From NCBI RefSeq assembly GCF_937958185.1, contig NZ_CALFFN010000036.1: a DNA stretch of 64,000 nucleotides; one strand, written 5' to 3'. Made by a program: the position numbers and the translations under genes. The stretch comes from an uncultured Neglectibacter sp. (GTDB taxonomy: Bacteria > Bacillota > Clostridia > Oscillospirales > Acutalibacteraceae). Of the stretch, positions 28,243 to 38,507 are shown piece by piece. The notes under the pieces are model-generated. The model was not told where the DNA came from. It made no database searches and was given only the letters and a program-made list of their open reading frames with translations. Each line of letters begins with the position of its first letter. Positions within the stretch are counted from its first letter, which is position 1.

Positions 28243-30273
28243 TCAGTCTGCCGCGGTTTCCACGATCTTATAATAGGTGCGGGCGGTGATGAGGTATACA
28301 ATGGCATAGATGGCGCCGAACACTGCCACACAGCCCACAGACGACCACAGGATCACCCAGAAATTTGTCATGTTCATCATGAACATGATCTTTTGCAGCA
28401 TGGGGAAGGCAAAGCACAAATGCAGCACCGCTGTCAGAAGCGGCAGGAAGAACACCAGCAGCACCTGGCTGTGAATACTCTTCTTGACCTCCCGCCGGCT
28501 CATGCCCACCTTCTGCATAATGGAGAAGCGCTTGGCGTCTTCATATCCCTCAGACACTTGCTTGTAGTAAATGATCATCACCGTGCCCATGAGGAACAGC
28601 AGCCCAAGGGAGATCCCAAGGAAGAACAGCCCGCCGTACAGCTCGTAAAAGCTGGTGGTATTGGAAGCCACATCTTCCTGGGAAAAGCTCAGCCGGTATT
28701 CGTCTGTTTCGGTGTCATAGGAAGCTTTTTCCAGATTGGCGGCGACGGCTTTTCCCAGGGCGGCAATGTCCTCGCTTTTCCCGCCCTCCACATTGAACTG
28801 GTAGGTGTACCTCGGGCGACCGGCATATCCTGGTTCGTCGTAGTAAAAGTCCAGCAGCTCCTGAATAGTTTCGGGACCGGGCACGATAAGGTACAGGCTT
28901 TCCGCCATGACAGCGGCGTGGCTGCCGTCCACTATTTCATAGTCCAGCCTGCGGCAGGAAAGCTCCTTGTTCCCCAGCAGCAGGGTATCGCCTTCCGGGA
29001 AGGCGTGGTCGGGGTCGATGAGCAGCACCTCGTTTTCCCCCAGCGATTCATTCAGACCAGAGCAGCGGTTGAAATCCTCCAGACGGCAGAAGGAGACGGC
29101 GATATAGCTGCCGTTGGGACCGGTGACGTCGTTCCAGAGCAGCTGGTTCCCGTAGCGGAACAGGACGTTATCGAAGAAGAACACGGTTTCCACAGCGTCT
29201 ACCGGGGTAAGCCCCAGCTTTTCACTTTCTTCCTCCACGGCAGCTTTCGCCAGCTTTTCGGCAACAGAGGTGTCGCCGCCACGGACGTCCTGCATACTGA
29301 TACTGATATCCCGGGGATAGCGCTCCCGGATCATGTCCTCCATGCTGGAGTACAGGGAGAAGGTGGTGGATACCGTTACCAGAAGACAGGTGAACAGAAT
29401 GCAGATGGACGCAAGCCCGGCGGCGTTCTGCTTCATGCGGTACAGCATGCCGGACACGGTGGTGAAATGATTTGCCTTATAGTAGAAGCCCTTCTTCTTT
29501 TTCAGGAGCTTCAAAAGGGCGGTGATGCCGGTGATAAACAGCAGGTAGGTGCCAAAGATCACCAGGACCACTGCGATAAAGAAGAACATCAGCGCCTGCA
29601 CAGGGTCCTGAATGGTCACTGCCAGGTAATAGCCTGCGCCCAGGCAGAGAATGCCTAAAACAGCAAGCAGCCAGTGGGCTTTCGGTTCCTTTTCGCCGGT
29701 CTCGCTGCCATGGAGCAGCTCAATAGGCTTACTGAGCCGCACCTGCAAAATATTATAGAGCATGGTGCAGAAGAAGATGGCAAGGAACAAAATGGCGGTG
29801 ATGAGAAGCGCGGCAGGAGGAACGGAAAAAGCAATGTGCAGGTCCACCTTCAGCAGCTTTTGCAGCAGCAGGAACATGGCGCGGGAAAACAGGATCCCCA
29901 ATCCCAGCCCCAGAAAGAGGGCGGTGAAGGTGGTGATCAGGGATTCCCGGAAAATAATTTTCCCGATGTGGAATTTCTCCATGCCCAGAATATTATAAAG
30001 CCCCAGTTCCTTTTTCCGCCGCTTGATGATGAAGCTGTTGGTGTAAAAAAGGAACAGCACGGCGAAGATGCCGATGACGATGGCGCCCAGGTTCATCATG
30101 GTGGAGATGGTCTGTCCGCCGTACAAGCCTTTGGCGTCGATGCTCAGGCTGATGGACTGCATGATGTAGAACATCATGATGATGCCGATGGAGGAAAGCA
30201 GGAACGGCACGTAGATCCGGCGGTTGTTTTTCAGGTTCTGGAACGCCAGCTTCCAGTAAAAGCCCCGCTTCAT
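28243..30273 (-). CDS. BceB-type ABC transporter permease (FtsX-like)
   Basis: FLFYTNSFIIKRRKKELGLYNILGM, large extracellular loop, IIYYKQVSEG..KVGMS. Confidence 0.92.
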   Translation of the reverse strand: MKRGFYWKLAFQNLKNNRRIYVPFLLSSIGIIMMFYIMQSISLSIDAKGLYGGQTISTMMNLGAIVIGIFAVLFLFYTNSFIIKRRKKELGLYNILGMEKFHIGKIIFRESLITTFTALFLGLGLGILFSRAMFLLLQKLLKVDLHIAFSVPPAALLITAILFLAIFFCTMLYNILQVRLSKPIELLHGSETGEKEPKAHWLLAVLGILCLGAGYYLAVTIQDPVQALMFFFIAVVLVIFGTYLLFITGITALLKLLKKKKGFYYKANHFTTVSGMLYRMKQNAAGLASICILFTCLLVTVSTTFSLYSSMEDMIRERYPRDISISMQDVRGGDTSVAEKLAKAAVEEESEKLGLTPVDAVETVFFFDNVLFRYGNQLLWNDVTGPNGSYIAVSFCRLEDFNRCSGLNESLGENEVLLIDPDHAFPEGDTLLLGNKELSCRRLDYEIVDGSHAAVMAESLYLIVPGPETIQELLDFYYDEPGYAGRPRYTYQFNVEGGKSEDIAALGKAVAANLEKASYDTETDEYRLSFSQEDVASNTTSFYELYGGLFFLGISLGLLFLMGTVMIIYYKQVSEGYEDAKRFSIMQKVGMSRREVKKSIHSQVLLVFFLPLLTAVLHLCFAFPMLQKIMFMMNMTNFWVILWSSVGCVAVFGAIYAIVYLITARTYYKIVETAAD

Positions 30274-31046
30274 GCGTACAGCTCCTTTCTGTCGCCGCTG
30301 GTGGCAAGCACAGTCAGCGTGTCGGAAATCTTCTGGTACATTTCATCGTTGCCCATGCTCCCGCGGTACAGCTGGTGGAACACCTGTCCGTCCTTGATGA
30401 ACAGCACCCGGTTGGCGCAGCTTGCCGCCTGGGTGGAATGGGTCACCATCAAAATGGTCTGCCCGTCCCGGTTCACCTCAGTGAAAATATCCATGATCTG
30501 CCCGGCGGAGCGGGAATCCAAAGCGCCGGTGGGCTCGTCGGCAAGAATGAGCTGGGGCTGGGTGATGATAGCGCGGGCAATGGCGGTGCGCTGCTTTTGC
30601 CCGCCGGATATCTCATAGGGGAATTTCTGCAGGATATCTGTGATCCCCAGCTTTGCAGCAATGGGGGCAAGGCGGGCCTGCATTTCGGGATACCGTTTTC
30701 CCGCCAGCACCAGGGGCAGGAAAATATTGTCCTGGGCGGAGAAGGTGTCCAGCAAATTGAAATCCTGAAACACAAAGCCCAGATTGTCCCGGCGGAAGGC
30801 GGAAATCTCTTTTTCGCCCAGGGTGACGATGTTCCGCATATTCAGGAACACCTCGCCGGAGGTGGGCTTGTCCAGCCCGGCAAGAATATTCAGAAGCGTT
30901 GTTTTGCCGGAGCCGGATTCTCCCATGATAGCCACGAATTCGCCCTGCTCCACAGTGAAGGTCACATTGGTCAGCGCCTGTACCTGCGTGCCGCCCAGAC
31001 GGGTGGAGTACACTTTTTTTAAATTGTTTACGTTCAAAAGCGCCAT
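30270..31046 (-). CDS. BceA-type ABC transporter ATP-binding protein
   Basis: GESGSGKTT, GFVFQDFNLL, ISGGQKQR, ADEPTGALDS; ATG at 31046. Confidence 0.94.
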   Translation of the reverse strand: MALLNVNNLKKVYSTRLGGTQVQALTNVTFTVEQGEFVAIMGESGSGKTTLLNILAGLDKPTSGEVFLNMRNIVTLGEKEISAFRRDNLGFVFQDFNLLDTFSAQDNIFLPLVLAGKRYPEMQARLAPIAAKLGITDILQKFPYEISGGQKQRTAIARAIITQPQLILADEPTGALDSRSAGQIMDIFTEVNRDGQTILMVTHSTQAASCANRVLFIKDGQVFHQLYRGSMGNDEMYQKISDTLTVLATSGDRKELYA

Positions 31047-31112
31047 GCTTTTCTCTCCTTTTCTTCCCGGTATTGTCAACTGTTCCGGGTCATTTCTTTT
31101 GATTTCAGCTAC

Positions 31113-31196
31113 AGTATAAGGGAGATTTCTTACAAAATCCATAAGACGGGCTTACAAAACAGGGGTGCAACCTTACAGTATTGTAAGGTTGCACCC
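31113..31196 (-). promoter_or_regulatory. Response-regulator-dependent promoter of the ABC transporter
   Basis: Perfect inverted repeat GGGTGCAACCTTACA-GTAT-TGTAAGGTTGCACCC (31163-31196); CTTACA half-sites at 31129, 31151, 31172; -10 TATACT at 31113-31118 (minus strand). Confidence 0.75.
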
Positions 31197-31222
31197 GAAA
31201 ATGCCATGATTCCTTTTTGCGC

Positions 31223-32212
31223 TTAGAAAATCGTCAGGTTGTCCCGGTGGAGGAACAGGCGGACGGCAGTGCCTTTTCCCGGCTGGGAGGTGATCTCAAT
31301 GGGCGTGCCCAGCTTGTCCAGGATTTCCTTTGTCAGGTACAGCCCCAGCCCGGAGGAGGTTTTGTCCTGCCTGCCGTTAAAGCCGGTGAAGCCCCGTTCA
31401 AAAATGCGGGGCAGGTCCTCCGGGGAAATGCCGATGCCCGTGTCCGTGATGGTCAAAACGTCGTCTTCATTCATGGAGATGGAGATGGTCCCGGCTTTCG
31501 TGTATTTCAGGGCGTTGGAGAGCAGCTGTTCCACCGCGAATTCCAGCCATTTCTCATCGGTGAGCACCGTGTTGGAGAAGTCCGGGAAGTCCAGCGTGAG
31601 CTTTTGATAGATGAACTGGGGCGCGAATTTCTTTACCGCGTGCCGGACGATATCGTGGGCGGAGCAGCGCTCCAGGCGCAGGTCGGCGCTCATGGTTTCC
31701 ATGCGCAGGTAACCCAGCACCATCTCCACGTACCGCTCCACCTTGAACAGCTCCTGCTGCAGGGTTTCGTGCTCCGCGCTGTGGGAGGACTGCAAAATGA
31801 GCCGCATGGCGGACAGCGGCGTTTTGATCTGGTGGACCCACAGGGTGTAATATTCCAGCATATCCTGGCGCTGCTGCTGGAACGCCGCGTCCCGCTCGCT
31901 CAGCCTGCCGCACAGCTCCCGTAAGGTTTCCAGCAAGATAGCTTCAGGGAAATCGGCAGGGCAGGGCGGGATCTCCAGCAGCGCCGCCAAATTCTGCTTC
32001 AGCTCCCGAAACTGGAGGACCCTCCGGCGGTACAGCAGGAAGCCGGGCAGGGCAAAGCACAGCGACAGCACCAGCAGCACGGCGGTAATATACCAGAACG
32101 CTTCCGCGGGCAGGTCGTACAGGTAAAAGAGGAATCCAGCCGCCGCCACCAGTATCAGGGCGCAGAACAGCAGGAGCTTCCTGTCTTTCAGATATCCTTT
32201 CAAAATGTCCAC
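31223..32212 (-). CDS. BceS-like intramembrane-sensing histidine kinase
   Basis: Two N-terminal TM helices with a short loop, WVHQIKTP H-box, QLLSNALKY, DTGIGI, GLGLYL; GTG at 32212. Confidence 0.92.
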   Translation of the reverse strand: MDILKGYLKDRKLLLFCALILVAAAGFLFYLYDLPAEAFWYITAVLLVLSLCFALPGFLLYRRRVLQFRELKQNLAALLEIPPCPADFPEAILLETLRELCGRLSERDAAFQQQRQDMLEYYTLWVHQIKTPLSAMRLILQSSHSAEHETLQQELFKVERYVEMVLGYLRMETMSADLRLERCSAHDIVRHAVKKFAPQFIYQKLTLDFPDFSNTVLTDEKWLEFAVEQLLSNALKYTKAGTISISMNEDDVLTITDTGIGISPEDLPRIFERGFTGFNGRQDKTSSGLGLYLTKEILDKLGTPIEITSQPGKGTAVRLFLHRDNLTIF

Positions 32213-32250
32213 AGAGCACCCTCCTTTCCGCCCTGCCGTTTCAGGGACTG

Positions 32251-32922
32251 TCAGGGAATAAGGTAGCCCATTCCCTTCTTTGTGACGATAAGCTCCGGCA
32301 GACCCATTTCTTTCAGCTTTTTCCGCAGCCGGGTCATGTTGACGGTCAGGGTGTTGTCGTCGATGAAATGGTCGCTTTCCCACAGCCGGGTGATCAGGTC
32401 CTCCCGGCTCACCATATGCCCGGCGTTTTCCATCAGCACCTGCACGATGCGGAACTCATTTTTTGTCAGCTCCAGCTTCCCGCCCGGGCAGGACAGGGTA
32501 CAGGCGGACAGGTCCAGCAGCGCGCCGCCGTGCTCGATGATATTGACGCTGCCAGCAAGGGAATAAGCCCTCCGCAGCACCGCCTGTATCTTTGCCGTCA
32601 GCACCGGCAGGTCAAAGGGCTTGGGGATAAAATCGTCCGCGCCCATGTCGATGGCGGTGATGATATTCATATTGTCGGAAGCGGAGGAAAGGAAAACGAT
32701 GGGGATTTTTGAGCGCTTCCGCATTTCCTCGCACCAGTAATACCCGTTCCGATGGGGCAGCCCGATATCCAGCAGCACCAGCTGGGGGTCAAATTCCGTA
32801 AATTCCTCAAGGACCCGCTGGAAATCCTGCACGGTCCTGACTTCATAGCCCCACATGGTCAGATGGTCTTCTATTGCCCTGGCAATGACCGGGTCGTCCT
32901 CTACCAGATAGATTTTATTCAT
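32251..32922 (-). CDS. BceR-like OmpR-family response regulator
   Basis: LVEDD, LLDIGLP, GADDFIPKPF, DNTLTVNMTRLRKKL. Confidence 0.95.
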   Translation of the reverse strand: MNKIYLVEDDPVIARAIEDHLTMWGYEVRTVQDFQRVLEEFTEFDPQLVLLDIGLPHRNGYYWCEEMRKRSKIPIVFLSSASDNMNIITAIDMGADDFIPKPFDLPVLTAKIQAVLRRAYSLAGSVNIIEHGGALLDLSACTLSCPGGKLELTKNEFRIVQVLMENAGHMVSREDLITRLWESDHFIDDNTLTVNMTRLRKKLKEMGLPELIVTKKGMGYLIP

Positions 32923-32932
32923 GGCGCACCTC

Positions 32933-32955
32933 GGTGGTTAGTAGTTAATTGCTAG
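32933..32955. repeat. Degenerate heptamer array (family C) ahead of the response-regulator SD
   Basis: Plus strand GGTGGT TAGTAGT TAATTGC TAG; in the mRNA it reads CTAGCAA TTAACTA CTAACCA just before GAGGTG-ATG. Confidence 0.45.
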
Positions 32956-32961
32956 ACGGGT

Positions 32962-33660
32962 CTATGCGTGATATAGGATATTTTTGATTTCCTCATAGCT
33001 TTCCGCCCGGTAAGTATAGGGAACGTCGGAAGCGCCTTTCCATGTGCCGGTGTACCAGATGCTGTCCAGCCCGGCGTTGACCGCCCCCTGAAGGTCGGAG
33101 GAGGGGGAATCGCCGATGACGACCGCTTTTTTCTTTTCAAAGCCGGGAATGTGCTCTTCTACATATTGGAAGTAGCGGGGGTCCGGCTTGCCCACGCCCA
33201 CGGCGTCCGAAACAAAAACGCCCTGCAAATAGGGCAGCAGCCCGGAATGCTCCAACCGGGTCTGCTGGGAGGCGGCATTGCCGTTCGTTATGATATACAG
33301 GGAAAAATCCCCGGACAGCTCCCGCATAAGCTCCACCGCGCCGGGGTACACCGCGCCACCCTGCCCCAGAAATTCAAAATACCGGCGGTTCATTTCATCC
33401 GGGTCGCCGGAAAAGCCTGTTTCCTCCAGAAAATCCACAAAACGGTTTCGGAACAGCTCCGGCTTGGTGCATTCCTGTTTTTCAAATTTGCCCCACCATT
33501 TGTTGTTGTACTTTTCGTAGGTGGCAAGCATTTCCTCAGAATAGGGGACGCTTGCGGAAAAGCCGCTTATCTCGTATAATGCCTGAAAAGCGTTTGTCAT
33601 GTCCGCGTCAAAATCCAGCAGGGTGTAGTCGGCGTCAAACAAAAGAAACTGATATTTCAT
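32962..33660 (-). CDS. YjjG-family HAD pyrimidine nucleotidase
   Basis: FDADYTLLDF, ITNG, KPDPRYF, IGDSPSSDLQGAVNAG. Confidence 0.9.
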   Translation of the reverse strand: MKYQFLLFDADYTLLDFDADMTNAFQALYEISGFSASVPYSEEMLATYEKYNNKWWGKFEKQECTKPELFRNRFVDFLEETGFSGDPDEMNRRYFEFLGQGGAVYPGAVELMRELSGDFSLYIITNGNAASQQTRLEHSGLLPYLQGVFVSDAVGVGKPDPRYFQYVEEHIPGFEKKKAVVIGDSPSSDLQGAVNAGLDSIWYTGTWKGASDVPYTYRAESYEEIKNILYHA

Positions 33661-33839
33661 AAAACCCGTCCTTTCCGTCATGGAGAAAGCGTCTCCGGCA
33701 TAAAATTTTTCATATGATACTTCAAAATCAAATCGGTGTCAAGCAACGGACGGCACGGGGAAGCGTTTCTCTGCGCGGGGCTGCATGAAATGACGGTCCT
33801 GCCCTTTGGATACTTCGCGGTGCGGAAAGGAAAGCGTTC

Positions 33840-35144
33840 ATGAAACGGTACAATTTGAAGAAATACAATTATCTTATTGTCTGGCTGGCGCTTTGTGTGA
33901 CGGTGGGCATTGTCTGGCTGTTCGGCAGCCGTCAGGCAAAAAAAGAACCTCCGGCGGACAGCGCGGCGCCCGTGCCCCTGTCCAGCGCCGTGGAAACGCC
34001 CGCAGCCTCCCCGGCTCCGGCGGAGCAGACCCTGAACCTGCCCAGCCCCGCGCCGGGACGAGCCATGCTTTCCGGCGTGTGGGTGCCCTATATGTCCCTT
34101 ACCACTGAGGAGCATACGCAGGCGGCGTTTGAGGAAAACTTCAAGCGTATTGCGGATTCCGCCAAAGAAAAGGGGCTGAACGCCCTGTTCGTCCATGTGC
34201 GCCCTTTCTGCGACGCGCTCTATCCCTCCAAGCTTTACCCATGGTCCCATATCTTGACCGGGACCCAGGGGAAGGACCCGGGCTTTGACCCACTGCAATT
34301 CATGGTGGACTACGCTCACAGCCAGAATATGGAGCTTCACGCCTGGCTGAACCCCCTTCGTGTCAAAACGGCGGAAACCCCGTCGGAGCTGGCGGCGGAC
34401 AATCCCTATACTGTTTTGAGCGAAGCCAGCCCTTACTATTTCATGGAATCCGGCGGCGGGGTGTATCTGGACCCCGCCTACCCCTATGTGCGCAGCCTGA
34501 TCGCCGACGGAGCCGCGGAGATCGCGGCAAATTACAGCGTGGACGGCATTCATTTTGACGATTATTTTTATCCCACACAAGAAGAGGAGCTGGACGCGGA
34601 AGCCTATGCCCTGTACACCCAGGGCGTGGACGAACCGCTGCCCCTGCCGGAATGGCGGCGGGCAAATATCAGCGCCATGGTGCAGGAGGTCTACGAAAAG
34701 ATAAAAGCGGCAAACCCCGATGTGGTTTTCGGCATTTCCCCTCAGGGCAATATCGAAAACGATGAAAACATGGGGGCGGACGTGAAAGCATGGTGCGCCG
34801 TGCCCGGGTATCTGGACTACATCTGCCCCCAGCTGTATTACAGCTTTGAAAACCCGGCGCTGGGATATGGGGAAGCGCTGGAGCAGTGGGTGTCGCTGCC
34901 CCGCCACGGGGAGCTGCAGATCTACGCGGGCTTAGCCCTGTACAAAGCCGGCAGCGACGCGGATGACGGCACGTGGCAGCTGTCGGACGATACGATCCGG
35001 CGGCAGATCAAAGCGGCGCGGACCGCCCAGTGCAGCGGCGTGCTGCTCTATTCCTCCGACTATCTGGACACCGAGCAGACCGCGGCGGAAATGCAAAACG
35101 CGGTGGAGGTCCTGTCTCCCATACGGGCTGATTCGGAAAAGTAA
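33840..35144 (+). CDS. Membrane-anchored glycoside-hydrolase-like protein (GHL10/DUF187, YddW-like)
   Basis: N-terminal TM, Pro/Ala linker, GLNALFVHVRPFCDALYPS, HAWLNP, DGIHFDDYFYP, DYICPQLY. Confidence 0.85.
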   Translation: MKRYNLKKYNYLIVWLALCVTVGIVWLFGSRQAKKEPPADSAAPVPLSSAVETPAASPAPAEQTLNLPSPAPGRAMLSGVWVPYMSLTTEEHTQAAFEENFKRIADSAKEKGLNALFVHVRPFCDALYPSKLYPWSHILTGTQGKDPGFDPLQFMVDYAHSQNMELHAWLNPLRVKTAETPSELAADNPYTVLSEASPYYFMESGGGVYLDPAYPYVRSLIADGAAEIAANYSVDGIHFDDYFYPTQEEELDAEAYALYTQGVDEPLPLPEWRRANISAMVQEVYEKIKAANPDVVFGISPQGNIENDENMGADVKAWCAVPGYLDYICPQLYYSFENPALGYGEALEQWVSLPRHGELQIYAGLALYKAGSDADDGTWQLSDDTIRRQIKAARTAQCSGVLLYSSDYLDTEQTAAEMQNAVEVLSPIRADSEK

Positions 35145-35161
35145 AAGGGCTTGCGGCTCTG

Positions 35162-35191
35162 TTGACGAAAGGCGTCGGAGCGTGATATAAT
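35162..35191 (+). promoter_or_regulatory. Sigma-A promoter with extended -10
   Basis: TTGACG-18 bp-TATAAT preceded by TG. Confidence 0.65.
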
Positions 35192-35228
35192 TTTCCAATA
35201 AACTTCATATCTGAAAAGGAGATACGAT

Positions 35229-35777
35229 ATGAGCGAGATCAATGAAATCGGCGCTCGTCTGCGGGAGCTCAGGGAAGTCAGCGACTGCACGGTGGAGCAG
35301 GTCGCCAGGGAGCTAAAGCTTACCCCCGAGGAATACCGCGCCTATGAGCAGGACGGCAGGGACATTCCCATCAGCGTGATCTTCCAGGTCGCCAATATGT
35401 TTGGCGTGGATTTTACCGAGATTGTCACGGGCACGCCCGCCCGGCTGTCCACCTACCATGTCGTCAAGCGGGGCAAGGGAAAGGTGGTCAACCGCAACCC
35501 GGAATATCATTTTGAAGACCTTGCGTACCGCTATGCGGACAAGGTCATGCAGCCCCTGCTGGTGACGCTGGAGCCTGCCGACGCCCCGGCGAAGCTCATC
35601 ACCCATTCCGGGCAGGAATTTAACATGGTGCTGGAGGGCACGGTGATCGTATGTATCGGCGACAAGGAATTTTCCCTTTCCGCCGGGGATTCCATTTATT
35701 TTAATCCCGCCATTCCCCACGGGCAGCGCTGCGGCGGCGAGACAAAGGCAAGGTTTTTGACGATGATCGCCGAGTAA
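35229..35777 (+). CDS. XRE-family HTH + cupin transcriptional regulator
   Basis: IGARLRELRE HTH; HSGQEFNMVLEG..GDSIYFNPAIPHG cupin. Confidence 0.9.
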   Translation: MSEINEIGARLRELREVSDCTVEQVARELKLTPEEYRAYEQDGRDIPISVIFQVANMFGVDFTEIVTGTPARLSTYHVVKRGKGKVVNRNPEYHFEDLAYRYADKVMQPLLVTLEPADAPAKLITHSGQEFNMVLEGTVIVCIGDKEFSLSAGDSIYFNPAIPHGQRCGGETKARFLTMIAE

Positions 35778-35820
35778 AGCGCTGTGGGACGGGAAAAACC
35801 AAGGAAAGGAAAATAGACCG

Positions 35821-37497
35821 ATGGATATGCTGCTGAAAAAATATCTTCCCAGGATCGAGTTCGATTCCTATGAAGATTTCAAACAGAATTTTAAGATAAA
35901 CGCCCCGGAGGACTTTAACTTCGGCTATGACGTGGTGGACGCCTGGGCAGATGCCGAGTCGGACAAGCGCGCCCTGGTGTGGGTCAACGAGGCGGACGAG
36001 GAAAAAATCTTCACCTTTACGGATATCAGGCGCCTGTCCAATCAGGCGGCGAATTTCTTCCGCAGCCTGGGCGTGAAAAAGGGGTCGGTGGTCATGCTGA
36101 TCCTCCGCCGCCGGTGGGAATACTGGGTCTGCGCCACGGCACTGCACAAGCTGGGCGCGGTGCTGATCCCCGGCACGCTGCAGCTGACGAAAAAGGACAT
36201 CGTGTACCGTGGCAACTCCGCTAAAATATGTGCCGTGGTCTGCGTGAACGACCCCTTTGTAGTCTCCCAGGTGGAAGCGGCGGAGGGGGATATCCCCTCG
36301 CTGAAGCATATGATCATGGTGCAGGAGCACCGGGACGGCTGGCTGGATTTTAACGACGAGATCGCGAAGTTCCCGGAGACCTTCCCCCGCCCTACAGGGG
36401 AAGAGGCTTCCCGCTGGGACGATATCATGCTGGTGTATTTTACCTCCGGCACCACGGGAATGCCGAAAATGGTACAGCACAATTTCCTGTACCCCTTAGG
36501 GCACATCATCACCGCGAAATACTGGCAGCGGGTGGAGGAAAACTGCCTGCACATGAGCGTATCGGATTCCGGCTGGGCGAAGTTCGGCTGGGGGAAAATT
36601 TATGGGCAGTGGCTCAGCGGCGCCACCATTTTCTGTTATGACATGGAGGGGAAGTTCGAGCCGAAAAACCTGCTGAAAAAGGTGGAGCGCTACAAGGTGA
36701 CCACCTTCTGCGCCCCGCCTACCACCTTCCGCTTCATGCTGCAGGAGGACCTGTCCCAGTACGACCTGTCCAGCATTCACCACTGCGTCACCGCCGGGGA
36801 GCCCCTGAACCCGGAGGTCACCAAACGCTGGAAGGAGTACACGGGTCTGCAGATCTATGAGGGCTTTGGGCAGTCGGAGGGTCCTGTGCTGCTGGCGAAT
36901 TTCTACCCCTGGGTGGAGCCGCGCCCGGGTTCCACCGGGAAGCCCTCGCCCCTTTACGATATCCAGCTGGTGGACAGGAACGGCGAGCTCTGCGAGGACG
37001 GCGACGAAGGCTCGTTGACAATCCTGGACGTGAAGAACCACCCCCCGATAGGGCTGTTTACCGGGTATTTCCGCAACCCGGAGATGACCGAGGAGCATTT
37101 GGGCGGCATTGGGTACAACACCGGCGATATGCTGTGGCGGGACAGCGACGGCTATTTCTGGTTCGTGGGGCGCAATGACGATGTCATCAAGTGCTCCGGC
37201 TACCGTATCGGACCTTTCGAGGTGGAATCCGCCCTTATTGAGCACCCCGCCGTGGTGGAATGCGCCATCACCGGCGCGCCGGACCCCATTCGCGGGCAGG
37301 TGGTGAAAGCCACTATCGTGCTGGCAAAGGGGTACGAGGGCACGCCTGAGCTGACAAAGGAGCTGCAAAATTACGTGAAAAAGGTGACCGCCCCCTATAA
37401 ATATCCCAGGGTGGTGGAATATGTGGACGAGCTTCCCAAGACTTTGGGCGGCAAGATCAAGCGGGCGGAGATCAGAAAGGCTGACGAAGAAAAATGA
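35821..37497 (+). CDS. AMP-forming acyl/acetyl-CoA synthetase
   Basis: YFTSGTTGMPK, EGFGQSE, TGD, GRNDDVIKCSGYRIGPFEVE, LPKTLGGKI. Confidence 0.93.
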   Translation: MDMLLKKYLPRIEFDSYEDFKQNFKINAPEDFNFGYDVVDAWADAESDKRALVWVNEADEEKIFTFTDIRRLSNQAANFFRSLGVKKGSVVMLILRRRWEYWVCATALHKLGAVLIPGTLQLTKKDIVYRGNSAKICAVVCVNDPFVVSQVEAAEGDIPSLKHMIMVQEHRDGWLDFNDEIAKFPETFPRPTGEEASRWDDIMLVYFTSGTTGMPKMVQHNFLYPLGHIITAKYWQRVEENCLHMSVSDSGWAKFGWGKIYGQWLSGATIFCYDMEGKFEPKNLLKKVERYKVTTFCAPPTTFRFMLQEDLSQYDLSSIHHCVTAGEPLNPEVTKRWKEYTGLQIYEGFGQSEGPVLLANFYPWVEPRPGSTGKPSPLYDIQLVDRNGELCEDGDEGSLTILDVKNHPPIGLFTGYFRNPEMTEEHLGGIGYNTGDMLWRDSDGYFWFVGRNDDVIKCSGYRIGPFEVESALIEHPAVVECAITGAPDPIRGQVVKATIVLAKGYEGTPELTKELQNYVKKVTAPYKYPRVVEYVDELPKTLGGKIKRAEIRKADEEK

Positions 37498-37979
37498 GAA
37501 CGACTGGGAGACCGAAAAGCACATGGCTTGACCGGCTGCTGACCCTGCTGGGGCTGCTGGCGCTGCTATGCACTACCCTGTATGTGGTTTTCCGCTGGGG
37601 GACGCTCCCGGCAGAGGTCCCCACCCATTTTAATGCCGCCGGGGAAATCAACGCCACCGGCGGGAAGGCTTCCCTCCTCGCGCCGCTGGTCATCGGCTGG
37701 GTGCTGTACGGGCTGCTCAGTTTGATTGGGGCGATCCCCGCGGTTTGGAACACCGGGGTAGAGGTCACGCCGGAAAACAGGGAAGCGGTGCTTCAAATCA
37801 TTAAGACCATGCTTTCCTTCCTGAAGACAGAGCTGGCGCTGTGGTTCTCCTATCTGGTGCTTTGCTCTGCCCGGTGCCGCCCGATCGGCATTTTGGCAAC
37901 GCCGTTCTTTTTGATTCTGGTGTTCGGCACGATCATTGTCACCATGGTTCAAATTTTCCGAACAGCCCATAAGAAATAA
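37494..37979 (+). CDS. DUF1648 membrane protein
   Basis: LPAEVPTHFNAAGEIN..G motif, four TM segments. Confidence 0.82.
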   Translation: MRTTGRPKSTWLDRLLTLLGLLALLCTTLYVVFRWGTLPAEVPTHFNAAGEINATGGKASLLAPLVIGWVLYGLLSLIGAIPAVWNTGVEVTPENREAVLQIIKTMLSFLKTELALWFSYLVLCSARCRPIGILATPFFLILVFGTIIVTMVQIFRTAHKK

Positions 37980-37980
37980 C

Positions 37981-38012
37981 AAAAGCGCTCCGTTTGCTAA
38001 CGGAGCGCTTTT
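37981..38012. terminator. Bidirectional intrinsic terminator
   Basis: AAAAGCGCTCCGTT-TGCT-AACGGAGCGCTTTT between convergent genes. Confidence 0.88.
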
Positions 38013-38046
38013 TCTCTAGTATCCAGCGTCCAGAATCTAAAATCTA
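38012..38046 (-). repeat. Heptamer array (family B) starting at the iscU stop codon
   Basis: mRNA sense TAGATTT TAGATTC TGGACGC TGGATAC TAGAGAA. Confidence 0.75.
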
Positions 38047-38469
38047 GACATGGCACGCCTCACATTCAGGGATATCACCCACGATGGGGGTGGGGTCGAT
38101 CCCCTGGCGGCGGTAATAGTCTGCCACGGCGGACTTGATCGCCTGTTCTGCCAGCACGGAGCAGTGCACTTTTACCGGCGGCAGACCGTCCAGCGCTTCC
38201 ATCACCGCCTTGTTGGTGAGCTTCAGCGCTTCGTCGATAGATTTGCCCTTGATCATCTCCGTTGCCATGCTGCTGGTGGCGATCGCCGCCCCGCAGCCAA
38301 AGGTCATAAAGGAGATGTCGGTGATAATATTATGTTCTACCTTGATATACATTCTCATGATGTCGCCGCATTTGGGGTTCCCCACCTCGCCGACGCCGCT
38401 GGGGTCCTTCATTTCTCCCACATTGCGGGGATTTGAAAAATGATCCATTACCTTTGCACTGTATGCCAT
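38044..38469 (-). CDS. iscU: Fe-S cluster scaffold protein (IscU/NifU-N)
   Basis: YSAKVMDHFSNPRNVG, GNPKCGDIM, FGCGAAIA, LPPVKVHCS. Confidence 0.95.
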   Translation of the reverse strand: MAYSAKVMDHFSNPRNVGEMKDPSGVGEVGNPKCGDIMRMYIKVEHNIITDISFMTFGCGAAIATSSMATEMIKGKSIDEALKLTNKAVMEALDGLPPVKVHCSVLAEQAIKSAVADYYRRQGIDPTPIVGDIPECEACHV

Positions 38470-38507
38470 ATTGTATATTCCTCTCTGTGATATAGTAGTT
38501 GGTCAAA

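Noticed and set aside
32213..32383. N-terminal extension of the histidine kinase overlapping the response regulator
   Set aside because: GTG at 32212 has a strong AAAGGAGG SD; the longer ORF start is an ORF-caller artefact.
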